A stretch of 64,000 nt of DNA from NCBI GenBank assembly GCA_963747235.1, contig CAVVEU010000028.1, forward strand, positions 1 to 64,000, in the 5' to 3' direction. Position numbers and translations under genes: made by a program. Source of the DNA: an uncultured Candidatus Rokubacteria bacterium (GTDB lineage: Bacteria; Methylomirabilota; Methylomirabilia; Rokubacteriales; CSP1-6). Of the stretch, positions 1 to 9,876 are shown one piece after another (positions within the stretch are counted from its first letter, which is position 1; every line of letters begins with the position of its first letter). A model generated the notes under the pieces. That model was given only the letters and a program-made list of their open reading frames with translations. It had not been told where the DNA came from and searched no databases.

Positions 1-76
1 CGTGACGAGGTTACCGGGTCGGTTCTGACCGGCTCGCCTTGACATCGCCCGCGGCGACGGCGCACCATCGCGCCCC

Positions 77-514
77 ATGGACGAGTTCCTGCGGGCCGCG
101 ATCGCGGAGGCCGAGCTGGGCTTCTCCGAGGGCGGCATCCCCATCGGCTCGGTGCTCGTGCACGAGGGGCGCGTGCTCGGCCGCGGCCACAACCGCCGCG
201 TGCAGCAGGGCAGCGCGATCCTCCACGGCGAGATGGACGCGCTCGAGCACGCGGGCCGCCAGCCCGCGCGCGTCTACCGCGAGTGCACGATCTACACGAC
301 GCTCTCGCCGTGCGCGATGTGCAGCGGGACCATTCTCCTCTACGGGATCCCGCGGGTGATCGTCGGCGAGCACCGCACGTTCCTCGGGGAGGAGGACCTC
401 CTGCGCGCCCGCGGCGTGACGGTCGAGGTGCTCGACGACGCGCGGTGCCGGGAGCTGATGACCCGATTCATCCAGGCCAACCCCGCCCTGTGGGCGGAGG
501 ATATCGGCGAGTAG
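77..514 (+). CDS. Cytosine/nucleoside deaminase (CDA/FCY1-like, Zn-dependent)
   Basis: HGE and PCAMC Zn-binding motifs; 145 aa. Confidence 0.85.
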   Translation: MDEFLRAAIAEAELGFSEGGIPIGSVLVHEGRVLGRGHNRRVQQGSAILHGEMDALEHAGRQPARVYRECTIYTTLSPCAMCSGTILLYGIPRVIVGEHRTFLGEEDLLRARGVTVEVLDDARCRELMTRFIQANPALWAEDIGE

Positions 515-530
515 AGCGAGGGCGGGTCGC

Positions 531-1106
531 TCAGCGCGGCCAGGGCAGCGGGGTCGTCTCGTCCCAGGCGTCGGGTCGGATGCCGAACGCTTCGATCAGC
601 CGCTGCCAGCCGGACGCGACGGTGAGCGCGGCGCCCAGCTCCAGGATCTGCCCCTCGTCGAAGTGCTCCCGCAGCGTGGCCCAGAGCGCGTCGTCCACCC
701 GCGGTCGTTCCCCGCTCAGGCAGTCGGCGAGCCGCAGCGCGGCCACGGTTCGGGCCGGCAGATCGGCGTGGTCGAGATCGCCGAGCGCCTGCTGCACTTC
801 CGGCTCGGTCAGGCCCTTGCGCACCAACGATGCGCTGCGCGCGAGGCTTCAGTGCACGCACTGGTTGCGCTGGGCGAGGCGGATGCGGCAGAGCTCCACC
901 AGCGCGGGATCGAGGCTCGCGCCGCCCGCGTAGATGAACGTGACCCAGGCGAGGAACAGGTCGAGCACCGCGGGGCGGCGCGCGAGCGTGAGGAAGAGAT
1001 TGTCGTCCCGATAGGCCTTCGCGCGCCAGACGTCGAAGCGGCGCCGCAGCTCCGGATCGAGCCGCTCCGGATCGGCCTTGGGCAGGTGGCCGTGCTCGTT
1101 GGCCAT
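531..1106 (-). CDS. AhpD/carboxymuconolactone decarboxylase-like selenoprotein (CxxU; TGA at 849-851 read as Sec)
   Basis: ORFs 849..1145 and 531..827 are in the same frame, separated only by TGA plus 7 sense codons; ELCRIRLAQRNQCVH-U matches the AhpD CxxC site; hairpin downstream. Confidence 0.85.
819..835 (-). promoter_or_regulatory. Putative bacterial SECIS hairpin GCGCAUC-GUU-GGUGCGC
   Basis: 7-bp stem, GUU loop 20 nt after the in-frame UGA. Confidence 0.75.
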
Positions 1107-1113
1107 GCGGACG

Positions 1114-2172
1114 CTAGGCCTTCCGGAAGCGGTGCACGCCCTCACCGTCGACGAGGCGGGCGACCTGGCCCCGCGCTTCCAGGAAGTGCAGGTGCGCGAC
1201 GGTCTCGCCGATGGCGAAGCCGAGCTGATGCGTGTCGAGCTGTCGGCGGAAGAGCACCGGCACCAGCTCGTGCGCGGTGCGCGGCTCGGCGAGGGCGTCG
1301 ATCGCCTCGCTCAGGCGCTCGTCGTGGTGGTGCTGCAGGTAGTCCAGGCGCTTGTGCAGGCCGATGAACGGCAGCCCGTGCGACGGCAGCACCAGCGTCT
1401 CCTCGGGCAGCGGCCGGAAGCGTCCGAGCGAGTCCAGATAGAGCTTCAGCGGATTGCCATTGGGCTGATCCGGCCAGACGCTCACGTTGGTGGTGATCTT
1501 GGGCAGCACCTGGTCGCCCGAGATCAGCACGTTCGCCTCGGGGGAGAAGAGGCAGGCGTGCTCGGGCGCGTGCCCCATCACCGTGAACGCGTGCCACCGG
1601 CGCCCGCCGATCGTGACCACGTCGCCCTCGCGCACCGCCCGGAAGCTGGGCGCGACCGACGGCACGAGCTTCCGGTAGTTGTTGCCGAGCCCGCGAAAGG
1701 CCTCGGCCTGCTCGGCCGGGACGCCGTGACGGCGATAGTGGTTGAGCCGCTTCTCCGAGTCGTTGCCGCCCATCCCCTGCCAGGCCAGGTGGGCCATGAG
1801 CCACTCGGCCTGCGGGCACCAGAGCTCGACCCCGAAGCGCTGCGCCAGCCAGTCCGCGTTGCCGATGTGATCCGGATGGAAGTGGGTGACGAGCACGCGC
1901 ACGAGAGGCCGGCCGGCCAGCTCGCCGGTGAAGAGCTTCTCCCACAGCTCGCGCGTCGGCGGCAGGCCGATCCCGGTGTCCACCACCGTCACCCCGGCCT
2001 CGTCGTCGAGCAGCCACAGGTTGATGTGGTTGAGCTGGAAGGGCAGCGGCATGCGGATCCAGCGAATGCCGGGCGCCACCAGGATGCTCGTGCCGCCCTC
2101 GGGAGGCTCGGGCCAGGGATGCGTGAGACCGGGGGCGGGCGCGGCCAGCGGATGCTCGGGCTCGGGTTTCAT
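1114..2172 (-). CDS. MBL-fold metallo-hydrolase
   Basis: THFHPDH motif, GHAPEH, SGDQVL; start follows a TACAGT -10 box. Confidence 0.85.
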   Translation of the reverse strand: MKPEPEHPLAAPAPGLTHPWPEPPEGGTSILVAPGIRWIRMPLPFQLNHINLWLLDDEAGVTVVDTGIGLPPTRELWEKLFTGELAGRPLVRVLVTHFHPDHIGNADWLAQRFGVELWCPQAEWLMAHLAWQGMGGNDSEKRLNHYRRHGVPAEQAEAFRGLGNNYRKLVPSVAPSFRAVREGDVVTIGGRRWHAFTVMGHAPEHACLFSPEANVLISGDQVLPKITTNVSVWPDQPNGNPLKLYLDSLGRFRPLPEETLVLPSHGLPFIGLHKRLDYLQHHHDERLSEAIDALAEPRTAHELVPVLFRRQLDTHQLGFAIGETVAHLHFLEARGQVARLVDGEGVHRFRKA

Positions 2173-2237
2173 GGCCCCTACTGTACCCCGTCCGGCCGAT
2201 CCGCGGTACGCTGGGTCGGCCAAGGAGGGCCGAGACC

Positions 2238-2605
2238 ATGCCAAAGGGGACCCACCTCGCTCTCGCGACGATCCTGGTGACCCTGCTCGGCGGCTGCGCC
2301 GCGACCGCCTCCAACCCCGTGGAGTCACGAAAGACCGCGCGGAGTGCAAGGACTACGCGCGCGCCCACGAGCACTCCGGCCGGATGAAGGACGCCTGCCT
2401 GATCAGCCGCGGGCACACGGTGACCTACAACACGAACGGCGGCGGGGTCGAGGTGCGCTCGAAGGCCGAGCCGCGACAGCCCGTGGAGACCGTCGCCCGG
2501 GACCTGAAGGCGTGCAACGACGAGTCCGGGCTGGGCTACGCCGGCCGCCTGCAGTTCCGGCGGTGCATGGATCCGCGGGGCTACGCGGTCAGCAGCCGCG
2601 ACTGA
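2238..2605 (+). CDS. Hypothetical Cys-containing lipoprotein (frameshift near 2320)
   Basis: AGGAGG RBS, MPKGTHLALATILVTLLGG-C lipobox; continues in ORF 1886..2605 frame. Confidence 0.55.
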
Positions 2606-2611
2606 CGCGGC

Positions 2612-4225
2612 TCAGTCCACCGGAGCGGGGAGCGGGCGCACCTCGCCGGGCGCGTCCTCGCGTGGCGCGACCGGCTCGGCGTGCACGCGCCGCATGAGCG
2701 GCAGGAAGAGCGGCACGATCGAGAACAGGATCGCGAGCAGCCAGAAGTCGTCCGCGTAGGCCAGCACCTGCGCCTGGCTCACCACGTCGTGGTAGAGCAT
2801 GGCCGTCGCGCGGCGCTGCGCGGTGAACGAATCGGCGCCCTGGGCCAGGAAGTGGCTCGTCCACCGGGCCAGCCGCTCCTGGGTCGCGGGATCCCAGATC
2901 GTGACGTGGCTCACCAGGTTGTGCTGGTGGAACTGGCTACGCTGGGCCAGATACGTGGTCGCGAGCGCGATGCCCACGCTGCCCCCGAGATTGCGCAGGA
3001 CGTTGTAGGCCGACGTCGCGTTGACGAGCTTGTCCCGCCGGATGGTGGCCAGGGTCAGGGTGGACAGCGGCACGAAGATGAAGCCGAGCGCGAAGCCCTG
3101 GATGATGCGCGGCAGGGTCAGGCTCCAGTAGTCCATCCCGAGCGTGAGGTTCGACATCATGTAGAGGCTGAGCGCGTTGACCAGGCAGCCGAAGGTGAGC
3201 AGCACGCGCTGGTCTACCCGGGTCACCAGGCGCCCGCACAGGATGAGCGAGAACATGTTGCCGAGGCCGCCGGGGGCGAGCACGAGGCCCGAGGTCAGCG
3301 CGTCGTAGCCCAGCAGCTTCTGGGAATAGAGCGCGAGCAGCACCATGCCCGAGAACATGCCGAGGCCGATCAGGGCGATGAAGCTGGCCCCGAAGGCGAA
3401 GTTGCGGTCGGTGAACACCCGGAGGTCCAGGATGGGGTCCTTCGCCATCAGCTCGCGCACGAGGAAGCCGACCAGGGCCACGCCCGCGATCACCGCGAGC
3501 ACGATGATCATCCCGGAGTCGAACCAGTCCTCGCGCTCCCCGCGGTCCAGCATGAGCTGCAGGCACCCGAAGCCCAGCACCATCAGGACGAGGCCGGGCC
3601 AGTCCACCCGGCTCGGCTTCCGGAGATAGGGCGGATCGAAGAGGAAGGCGCCGGCCATGAAGAAGCCGAGCAGCCCGACCGGCAGGTTGATGTAGAAGAT
3701 CCAGCGCCACGACCAGTTGTCCGCGATGTAGCCGCCGAGCGTCGGCCCGATGATCGGCCCCATCATGAAGCCCACGCCCCACACCGCCATCGCGAGGCCG
3801 CGCTGGCCGAGCGGGAAGATCTCCCACAGGATGGCCTGGGAGAGCGGGATGATCGGGCCGCCCCCGATCCCCTGCGCGATGCGCGCGAGGATCAGGAACG
3901 TGAGGTTGGGCGCCATGCCCGACAGCACCGAGCTCACCGTGAAGAGCACGCAGCAGATCAGGAAGAAGCGCTTGCGGCCCAGGACCCCCGCGAGCCAGCC
4001 GGTGGCGGGAATGATGATGGCGTTGGCGGCCAGGTAGGAGGTGATGACCCACGACACCTCCTCGAGCCCCGCGGAGAGCGAGCCCTGCAGATGCGGCAGC
4101 ACCACGTTGGTCACGCTGGTGTCGAGCACCTGCATGAAGGCCACCACCATCACCGACAGCGTGATGGCCCACTTGCGGGCCGACGAGATCGGGCCGGTTT
4201 CTACTTCCGTGGGGGATGCGCTCAC
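2612..4225 (-). CDS. emrB: DHA2 family MFS efflux permease (EmrB/QacA-like)
   Basis: MQVLDTSVTNV, WVITSYL, WRWIFYINLPVG motifs; 537 aa. Confidence 0.9.
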   Translation of the reverse strand: MSASPTEVETGPISSARKWAITLSVMVVAFMQVLDTSVTNVVLPHLQGSLSAGLEEVSWVITSYLAANAIIIPATGWLAGVLGRKRFFLICCVLFTVSSVLSGMAPNLTFLILARIAQGIGGGPIIPLSQAILWEIFPLGQRGLAMAVWGVGFMMGPIIGPTLGGYIADNWSWRWIFYINLPVGLLGFFMAGAFLFDPPYLRKPSRVDWPGLVLMVLGFGCLQLMLDRGEREDWFDSGMIIVLAVIAGVALVGFLVRELMAKDPILDLRVFTDRNFAFGASFIALIGLGMFSGMVLLALYSQKLLGYDALTSGLVLAPGGLGNMFSLILCGRLVTRVDQRVLLTFGCLVNALSLYMMSNLTLGMDYWSLTLPRIIQGFALGFIFVPLSTLTLATIRRDKLVNATSAYNVLRNLGGSVGIALATTYLAQRSQFHQHNLVSHVTIWDPATQERLARWTSHFLAQGADSFTAQRRATAMLYHDVVSQAQVLAYADDFWLLAILFSIVPLFLPLMRRVHAEPVAPREDAPGEVRPLPAPVD

Positions 4226-4241
4226 GAGGGCCTCGCGGCGG

Positions 4242-5496
4242 CTACTTCAGGCGGATGACGACGTACGCGGACATGCCGGCCCGGAGCGTGTGCGGGTTGC
4301 CGAACTCCTTGGCGTTCAGCCGGATCTTCACCGGCACGCGCTGCACGACCTTGACCCAGTTGCCGGTGGCGTTCTCGGGCGGCAGGAGCGAGAAGCGCGC
4401 CCCGGTGCCCGCAGCGAGCGAGTCCACCGTGCCGTGGAAGACCTGGCCCGGGAAGGTGTCGATCTCGACCTCGGCGGGCATGCCCGGCTTCACGCGCGCG
4501 AGCTGCGTCTCCTTGAAGTTGGCGAGCACCCACACCTCGTGGAGCGGCACGATGGCGAGCAGGGGCTGGCCCATCTGCACCACCTGCCCCACTTCCACGC
4601 TCTTCTTCGCGATGACCCCGTCGGCGGGCGCGCGGACATCCGTGTGCTGGAGCTGCAGCTCCGCGAAGGCCAGGTCGGCCCGGGCCTGGTTCAGGCGTGG
4701 CCGCCGCGCGCTCGATCTCGGCTTCCTTCACCGTGACCTGCCGCCGCTGGCTCTCCACCCGCCCGAGCGCCGCGCGCGCCTCGTTGATGCGCTGCTTGGC
4801 CTGGCTCACCGCGAGCACCCGGCTGATCAGCGCGGCCTCCGCCTGCTGCACTTCCTTCTCGGCCTGGTTGAGGCGCCGCTGGGTCGCCTCCACGGTGGCC
4901 GCCGCGGTGCCCGCGCTCATCTCGGCCTGGTCGAAGTCGCGCTGGGACACGAAGCCGCCCTGGAGCAGGGTCCGCATCCGTTCCTTCTCCCGCGCGTTCT
5001 GGCGCAGCGTGCTCTGCGCGCCGGTCACGTCCGCGGCCGTCGCGGCCATCGCGGCGCGCTTGGCCTCCACGGTGGCCCGCGCCTCCGCCACCGCCGACTC
5101 GGCGGCCTGCTCCGCCACCTTGGCCGACTCCAGCGTGGCGCGCGACTCCTCGGCCTGGGCGCTCGTGGTCTCGCGGGTGAGCTGGGTCTCGGAGCTGGTG
5201 GCCTGGTGGCTCGCCTGCGCGACCGCCACCGAGGCCCGGGCCTGGTCGCGCCGGGCCTGGTAGTCGCGCGGATCGATGCGGAGCAGGAGATCGCCCGCCT
5301 TCACCGCGCGGTTGTCGTCCATGTGGACCTCGGCGACGTGGCCCGCGACCTTGGCGCTGATGATGACGATGCTGCCCTCGACGTACGCGTCGTCGGTGGC
5401 GATGCGCTTCGTGCTCTGCCACCAGGCGTGGCCGCCCCAGCCGAGGGCGGCGAGGGCCACCACGACGGCCAGGCCGATCAGACGCCGGTGTCTCAT
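4242..5496 (-). CDS. emrA: HlyD/EmrA family membrane fusion protein (frameshift near 4695)
   Basis: TDDAYV, VKAGDLLLRIDP, ANFKETQL, FSLLPPENATGNWVKVVQRVPV in two frames. Confidence 0.85.
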
Positions 5497-5542
5497 CGGG
5501 GGGTATGCTACCACCCCGACATTGGGCTGAGAAATAGCTGAT

Positions 5543-6409
5543 TTACTTGAGTTGGTCCGAGGGGACGACGCGGTACCGTCCGGGGAACTGCTCGAAGAGG
5601 GCGTTGATCTCCTGCTGCGAGCGCTCCATGCGCTGCCCGGTGGTGGTGTCCTCGATCACCCAGCGGCCCTGGAGCGTCATCCCGGTCAAGCGCTGATGCC
5701 ACTCGGTCGTGCGCCGGCCCTCGGCGGTGCTCTGCATGATCCGGTTGGTCTCCTGCATGGTGAGCATGGCCTGGGCGGTCCGGCGATTCATCTCGCCCTG
5801 GCTGATGCTCCACGACTGCCAGACCTCGGTCATCAGCGGGAGCGCCTGCGCGAAGATCTCGGCGGGCGCGGTCAGCAGGGTCATGTAGTACTGCCAGTAG
5901 CCGTTGCCGAGCATCGCGGTGTTGACCAGCGCGAAGGCGCGATAGCGCCGGCCCTGCGTGATCTGCTCCGCCAGGAGATACACCGCGCGCGCGTTCTGGG
6001 TGAGCGGCGGCGTCGGGACCATCTCCACGATCCGCGCCTGCGCGGAGCCGCCGGTCCGGCGCGCCACCACCTCGGAGACCCACACGTACGCCTCGGCCGG
6101 CGGCATGTAGGGGGCCGCGAGCGAGCCCGGCGAGCTGAACTGGGGCGGGCCGATCGGCATCGTGATGCCCACCGCGACCGCCTCGCCCCGTGGGCCCTGC
6201 AGCTCCGCGGCGGCCTGCCGCGCGCTGTTGAGGCGCCAGCCGGGCGGCATCGCGATGCTGCCGCTGCCGTCGGGGAACTGGGTGCGCGGCCAGCTCTGGC
6301 CGGCACGGGCGGGCGGCGAGCCGGGCGGCTGCGCGGGGACACCGGGCGCGACGGCGAGAACGAGCACGATGGCCACAGCCACCGCGCGCGTGAGCGATCC
6401 AGAGGGCAT
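5543..6409 (-). CDS. Hypothetical secreted protein
   Basis: Signal-peptide-like N-terminus, coding-like codon usage, 288 aa. Confidence 0.7.
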   Translation of the reverse strand: MPSGSLTRAVAVAIVLVLAVAPGVPAQPPGSPPARAGQSWPRTQFPDGSGSIAMPPGWRLNSARQAAAELQGPRGEAVAVGITMPIGPPQFSSPGSLAAPYMPPAEAYVWVSEVVARRTGGSAQARIVEMVPTPPLTQNARAVYLLAEQITQGRRYRAFALVNTAMLGNGYWQYYMTLLTAPAEIFAQALPLMTEVWQSWSISQGEMNRRTAQAMLTMQETNRIMQSTAEGRRTTEWHQRLTGMTLQGRWVIEDTTTGQRMERSQQEINALFEQFPGRYRVVPSDQLK

Positions 6410-6495
6410 GAGGGTGGGCGGTCCGGCGACACTCTACCCTATTCCGGCTGTTTCTGCGGCTTGACGGCGCCCGCCCGGCGGGCCAGTATCACGCC

Positions 6496-7545
6496 GTGCA
6501 CGTCGGGATCTTCGTCGAGGAGCTGCGCCACGGGGCCACCCAGGCCGGGGCGTTCCGGGACATCTTCGAGACGGCGGACCACGCGGAGGCGTGGGGCATC
6601 GACTGCGTCTGGCTCGGCGAGATCCACTTCACGCCCTCCCGCTCGATCATCTCCGCCTCGCTCCAGGTCGCGAGCGCCATCGCGGCCCGCACGCGCCGCG
6701 TCCGGATCGGCACCGCGGTCCAGGTGCTCCCCCTGAACCATCCGCTGCGCATCGCGGAGGAGGTCGCCACCGTCGACCACATCAGCGAGGGGCGCTTCGA
6801 ATTCGGCATCGGCCGCAGCGGGGTCGTGCGCACCTACGACACCTACGGGATGCGCTACGACGAGAGCCAGGCCCGCTTCCGCGAGGCGCTCGAGATCGTT
6901 CGGCGGGCGTGGACGGGCGAGCCGTTCAGCTACGAGGGCGAGTTCTATCGCATCCGGGACGCGACGGTCGCGCCCCGCCCCTACCAGGTGCCCCACCCTC
7001 CGATCCGGATGGCGGCCACGAGCGACGAGACGTTCCCGGCGGCCGGGCGCCTGGGCCTGCCCATCTTCGTGGGGCTCCGCGCCACCGAGATCTCCGATCT
7101 GCAGGCGCAGCTCGCGCCGTACCGCGAGGCCTGGCGCGAGGCGGGCCATCCGGGCGAGCCGAGCGTCTACCTGCGCATCCCGGTCTACGCCTCGCCCACC
7201 GCCCGCGGCGCGGTGGAGGAGCCGCGCGAGAGCCTCACCGCCTTCTTCGCCCGCCAGACCGAGCTGGCCCGCAGCGCGGTGGGACGGGCCGGCGCGGGGC
7301 CGGCCGACCGGCGCCAGATGCAGGCCGAGCGGATGGCCGCGCTCTCCTACGACGACATGCTCGAGCGGAAAGTGGTCTTCGGGACCGCCGCGGCCGTCGT
7401 CGATCGGCTGACCGAGCTGCGCGAGCAGCTCCAGCTCGACGGCATCGTGGCCGAGCTGAATCCCGGCGGCCGCATTCCCCAGGAGCTCGAGACGCGCAGC
7501 CTCGAGATCCTCGCGCGCGACGTCCTGCCGGCCCTCAAGGCCTGA
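6496..7545 (+). CDS. LLM-class flavin-dependent oxidoreductase
   Basis: WLGEIHF, HPLRIAEEVATVDHISEGRFEFGIGRS. Confidence 0.9.
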   Translation: MHVGIFVEELRHGATQAGAFRDIFETADHAEAWGIDCVWLGEIHFTPSRSIISASLQVASAIAARTRRVRIGTAVQVLPLNHPLRIAEEVATVDHISEGRFEFGIGRSGVVRTYDTYGMRYDESQARFREALEIVRRAWTGEPFSYEGEFYRIRDATVAPRPYQVPHPPIRMAATSDETFPAAGRLGLPIFVGLRATEISDLQAQLAPYREAWREAGHPGEPSVYLRIPVYASPTARGAVEEPRESLTAFFARQTELARSAVGRAGAGPADRRQMQAERMAALSYDDMLERKVVFGTAAAVVDRLTELREQLQLDGIVAELNPGGRIPQELETRSLEILARDVLPALKA

Positions 7546-7554
7546 CATGATCGC

Positions 7555-8502
7555 ATGAGCGAGGAAGCCCTCCGCGCGATCGCCCTGCAGGTCCGGAACT
7601 GGGGCCGGTGGGGGCCCGACGACGAGCTCGGCACGCTCAACTACATCACCCCCGAGCGCATCGCGGCGGCGTGCCGGCTCGCCACCACCGGCAAGGTCTT
7701 CGCCCTCGGCATTCCCCTCGACCGCAACGGCCCCCAGAGCGGCACGCGCCAGCGCTTCAACCCGATCCACACCATGTTCCGCGACGGGGGCGACGCGCCG
7801 AAGACGCCCGCCGAGGTCCGGGCCATGGAGGGCTACGGCGGCTCGGACGACTGGATCGTGATGCCGCTGCAGTGCGTGACCCAGTGGGACAGCCTGGCCC
7901 ACATCTTCTACGAGGGGAAGATGTACAACGGCTACGACGCGGCGCTGGTCACCAGCAGCGGCGCGGCGAAGAACAGCATCGACAAGACCACGAGCCGGCT
8001 CGCCGGCCGCGGCGTGCTGCTCGACGTGGCCCGGCAGAAGGGCGTGCAAGCGCTCGAGCCCGGCTACGCGATCACGGTGGCCGACCTGGAGGCGACCGCG
8101 GCCGCCCAGCGCGTCGAGGTCCTGCCCGGCGACCTCCTCCTCGTCCGCACCGGGCACATGTCGCGCTATCTCGACCGGAAGGACTGGACGCGCTACGACC
8201 TCGATCCGTTCCCCGGCGTCTCGGTGCACACCGCGCCGTGGCTGCACGCCCGGCAGATCGCGGCCATCGCGAGCGACAACTACGCGGTGGAGGTCCGGCC
8301 CTCGGAGATCGCGGGCTTTCGCAATCCCTTCCACGTGGTCGCGATCCCCAACATGGGCCTCACGCTGGGCGAGATCTTCTTCCTGGAAGAGCTCGCCGCC
8401 GACTGCGCGGCCGACGGCCGCTACGCCTTCCTGCTCGTGGCGCCGCCGCTGCCGGTGGCGCGCGGGGTGGGGACGCCGATCAATCCCTACGCGCTGAAAT
8501 GA
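7555..8502 (+). CDS. Cyclase family protein (kynurenine formamidase-like)
   Basis: NWGRWGPDDELGTLN, TQWDSLAH, GRGVLLDV, GTPINP. Confidence 0.9.
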   Translation: MSEEALRAIALQVRNWGRWGPDDELGTLNYITPERIAAACRLATTGKVFALGIPLDRNGPQSGTRQRFNPIHTMFRDGGDAPKTPAEVRAMEGYGGSDDWIVMPLQCVTQWDSLAHIFYEGKMYNGYDAALVTSSGAAKNSIDKTTSRLAGRGVLLDVARQKGVQALEPGYAITVADLEATAAAQRVEVLPGDLLLVRTGHMSRYLDRKDWTRYDLDPFPGVSVHTAPWLHARQIAAIASDNYAVEVRPSEIAGFRNPFHVVAIPNMGLTLGEIFFLEELAADCAADGRYAFLLVAPPLPVARGVGTPINPYALK

Positions 8503-9134
8503 CCGATCGCGACGAGGCAGGCCGGAAGGCGCTGGAGTTCTCGGAGAACCTGTGGAAGCACGACGACTTCTGGGAGTTCGAGACCTCGGACTACGAGCGC
8601 GCCCGCTTCGCGCGGACGGTCCAGATCCTCCAGGGCGCGCGCTTCGCCCGGGGCGTCGAGCTGGGCTGCGGGGCGGGCTACTTCACCCGGCTCCTCGCCC
8701 CGTCCGTGGACCGGCTCGTCGCCTACGACATCTCCCCGACCGCGATCGAGCGCGCCCGGGCCGCGATCGGACCGACCGGCGCGATCGACTTCCGCGCCGG
8801 CAACGCCATGGACTACGCGTGGCGCGCCGACGGGCCGTGGGACCTGATCGTGATGAACGACACCATCTGCTATCTCGGGTGGCTGTACTCGTTCTTCGAC
8901 ATCGCGTGGTTCGCGTCCGAGGTCCACGAGGCGATCCGGCCGGGCGGCCGGTTCCTGATGGCCAACACCATGGACCAGCACGGCTACGACAAGCTCCTGC
9001 TGCCCCACATCACCCGGAGCTACCGCGACCTCGTCCTCAATGTCGGCTTCGCGCTCGATCGGGAGGAGACGATCCAGGGCACGAAGAACGGGGTGGAGTT
9101 CGCGACGCTGATCTCGCTCTTCGCCCGGCGCTGA
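8499..9134 (+). CDS. Class I SAM-dependent methyltransferase (NodS-like)
   Basis: DDFWEFETSDYE N-terminus, VELGCGAG motif I; ATGA overlap with the cyclase gene. Confidence 0.8.
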   Translation: MTDRDEAGRKALEFSENLWKHDDFWEFETSDYERARFARTVQILQGARFARGVELGCGAGYFTRLLAPSVDRLVAYDISPTAIERARAAIGPTGAIDFRAGNAMDYAWRADGPWDLIVMNDTICYLGWLYSFFDIAWFASEVHEAIRPGGRFLMANTMDQHGYDKLLLPHITRSYRDLVLNVGFALDREETIQGTKNGVEFATLISLFARR

Positions 9135-9152
9135 GGCGCCCCGCGCGACCGC

Positions 9153-9857
9153 TCAGGCCGCGCCGCCGTCGAGGCACGCGACCGCGCGCTTGAGCTCGTG
9201 ATAGCTGATGAGCTCGACCGCCTGGTCGCGGAGCAGCGCGGGCAGGCGCGGATCGGCGAGGGTCTCGCGCTCCCACTCCCGGTCGCGGTGGTAGACGTAG
9301 TCCGCCGCCGCGTCGAGGTAGCCGGGGTGCACGGCCAGCTCGTAGATGCCGCGCCGCAGCTCGGTGGACACGATGCCCGTGAGGGCGTCGAAGCTCACCT
9401 TCTCCCGCTCGGAGATCCCGTACTCCCACTGCCCGTAGAAGCCGCCCTTGAAGGTGACCGGCGCCCGATCCCGCAGCGGCAGGCCGTGCTCCGCCGCCAG
9501 CTCGAGGAAGCTCGGCTGGCAGGACGGCCGACGGTGCACGTGCTGATGCGAGTCCAGATGGGTCGGGGGCCGGCCGGTCAGCGCCACGAAGTGGTCGAAC
9601 TGCCGGCGCAGCTCGCGCCGGCACACCGCCGGGTCGTCGAAGTCCACCAGGCGCTGGGCCTCGTTCGTGAAGTTCACGTGCAGCCCGACGGAGAGCCCCG
9701 GCCGCGCCGCGGCCATGGCCACCCCCTCGGCGGTGCTCGGCGTATTGACCATGAGACTGGCCGAGGTCACCACGCCCTGGTCGTGGAGCTCGGCGATGGC
9801 CCGGTTCACCCCGCAGCCGTACCCGAAATCATCGGCGTTGATGATCAGGAACTTCAT
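9153..9857 (-). CDS. ChbG/YdjC family carbohydrate deacetylase
   Basis: INADDFG, VGLHVN, PTHLDSHQHVH, AVHPG motifs. Confidence 0.9.
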   Translation of the reverse strand: MKFLIINADDFGYGCGVNRAIAELHDQGVVTSASLMVNTPSTAEGVAMAAARPGLSVGLHVNFTNEAQRLVDFDDPAVCRRELRRQFDHFVALTGRPPTHLDSHQHVHRRPSCQPSFLELAAEHGLPLRDRAPVTFKGGFYGQWEYGISEREKVSFDALTGIVSTELRRGIYELAVHPGYLDAAADYVYHRDREWERETLADPRLPALLRDQAVELISYHELKRAVACLDGGAA

Positions 9858-9876
9858 CCGGCCCCGGCGCTCCGGG

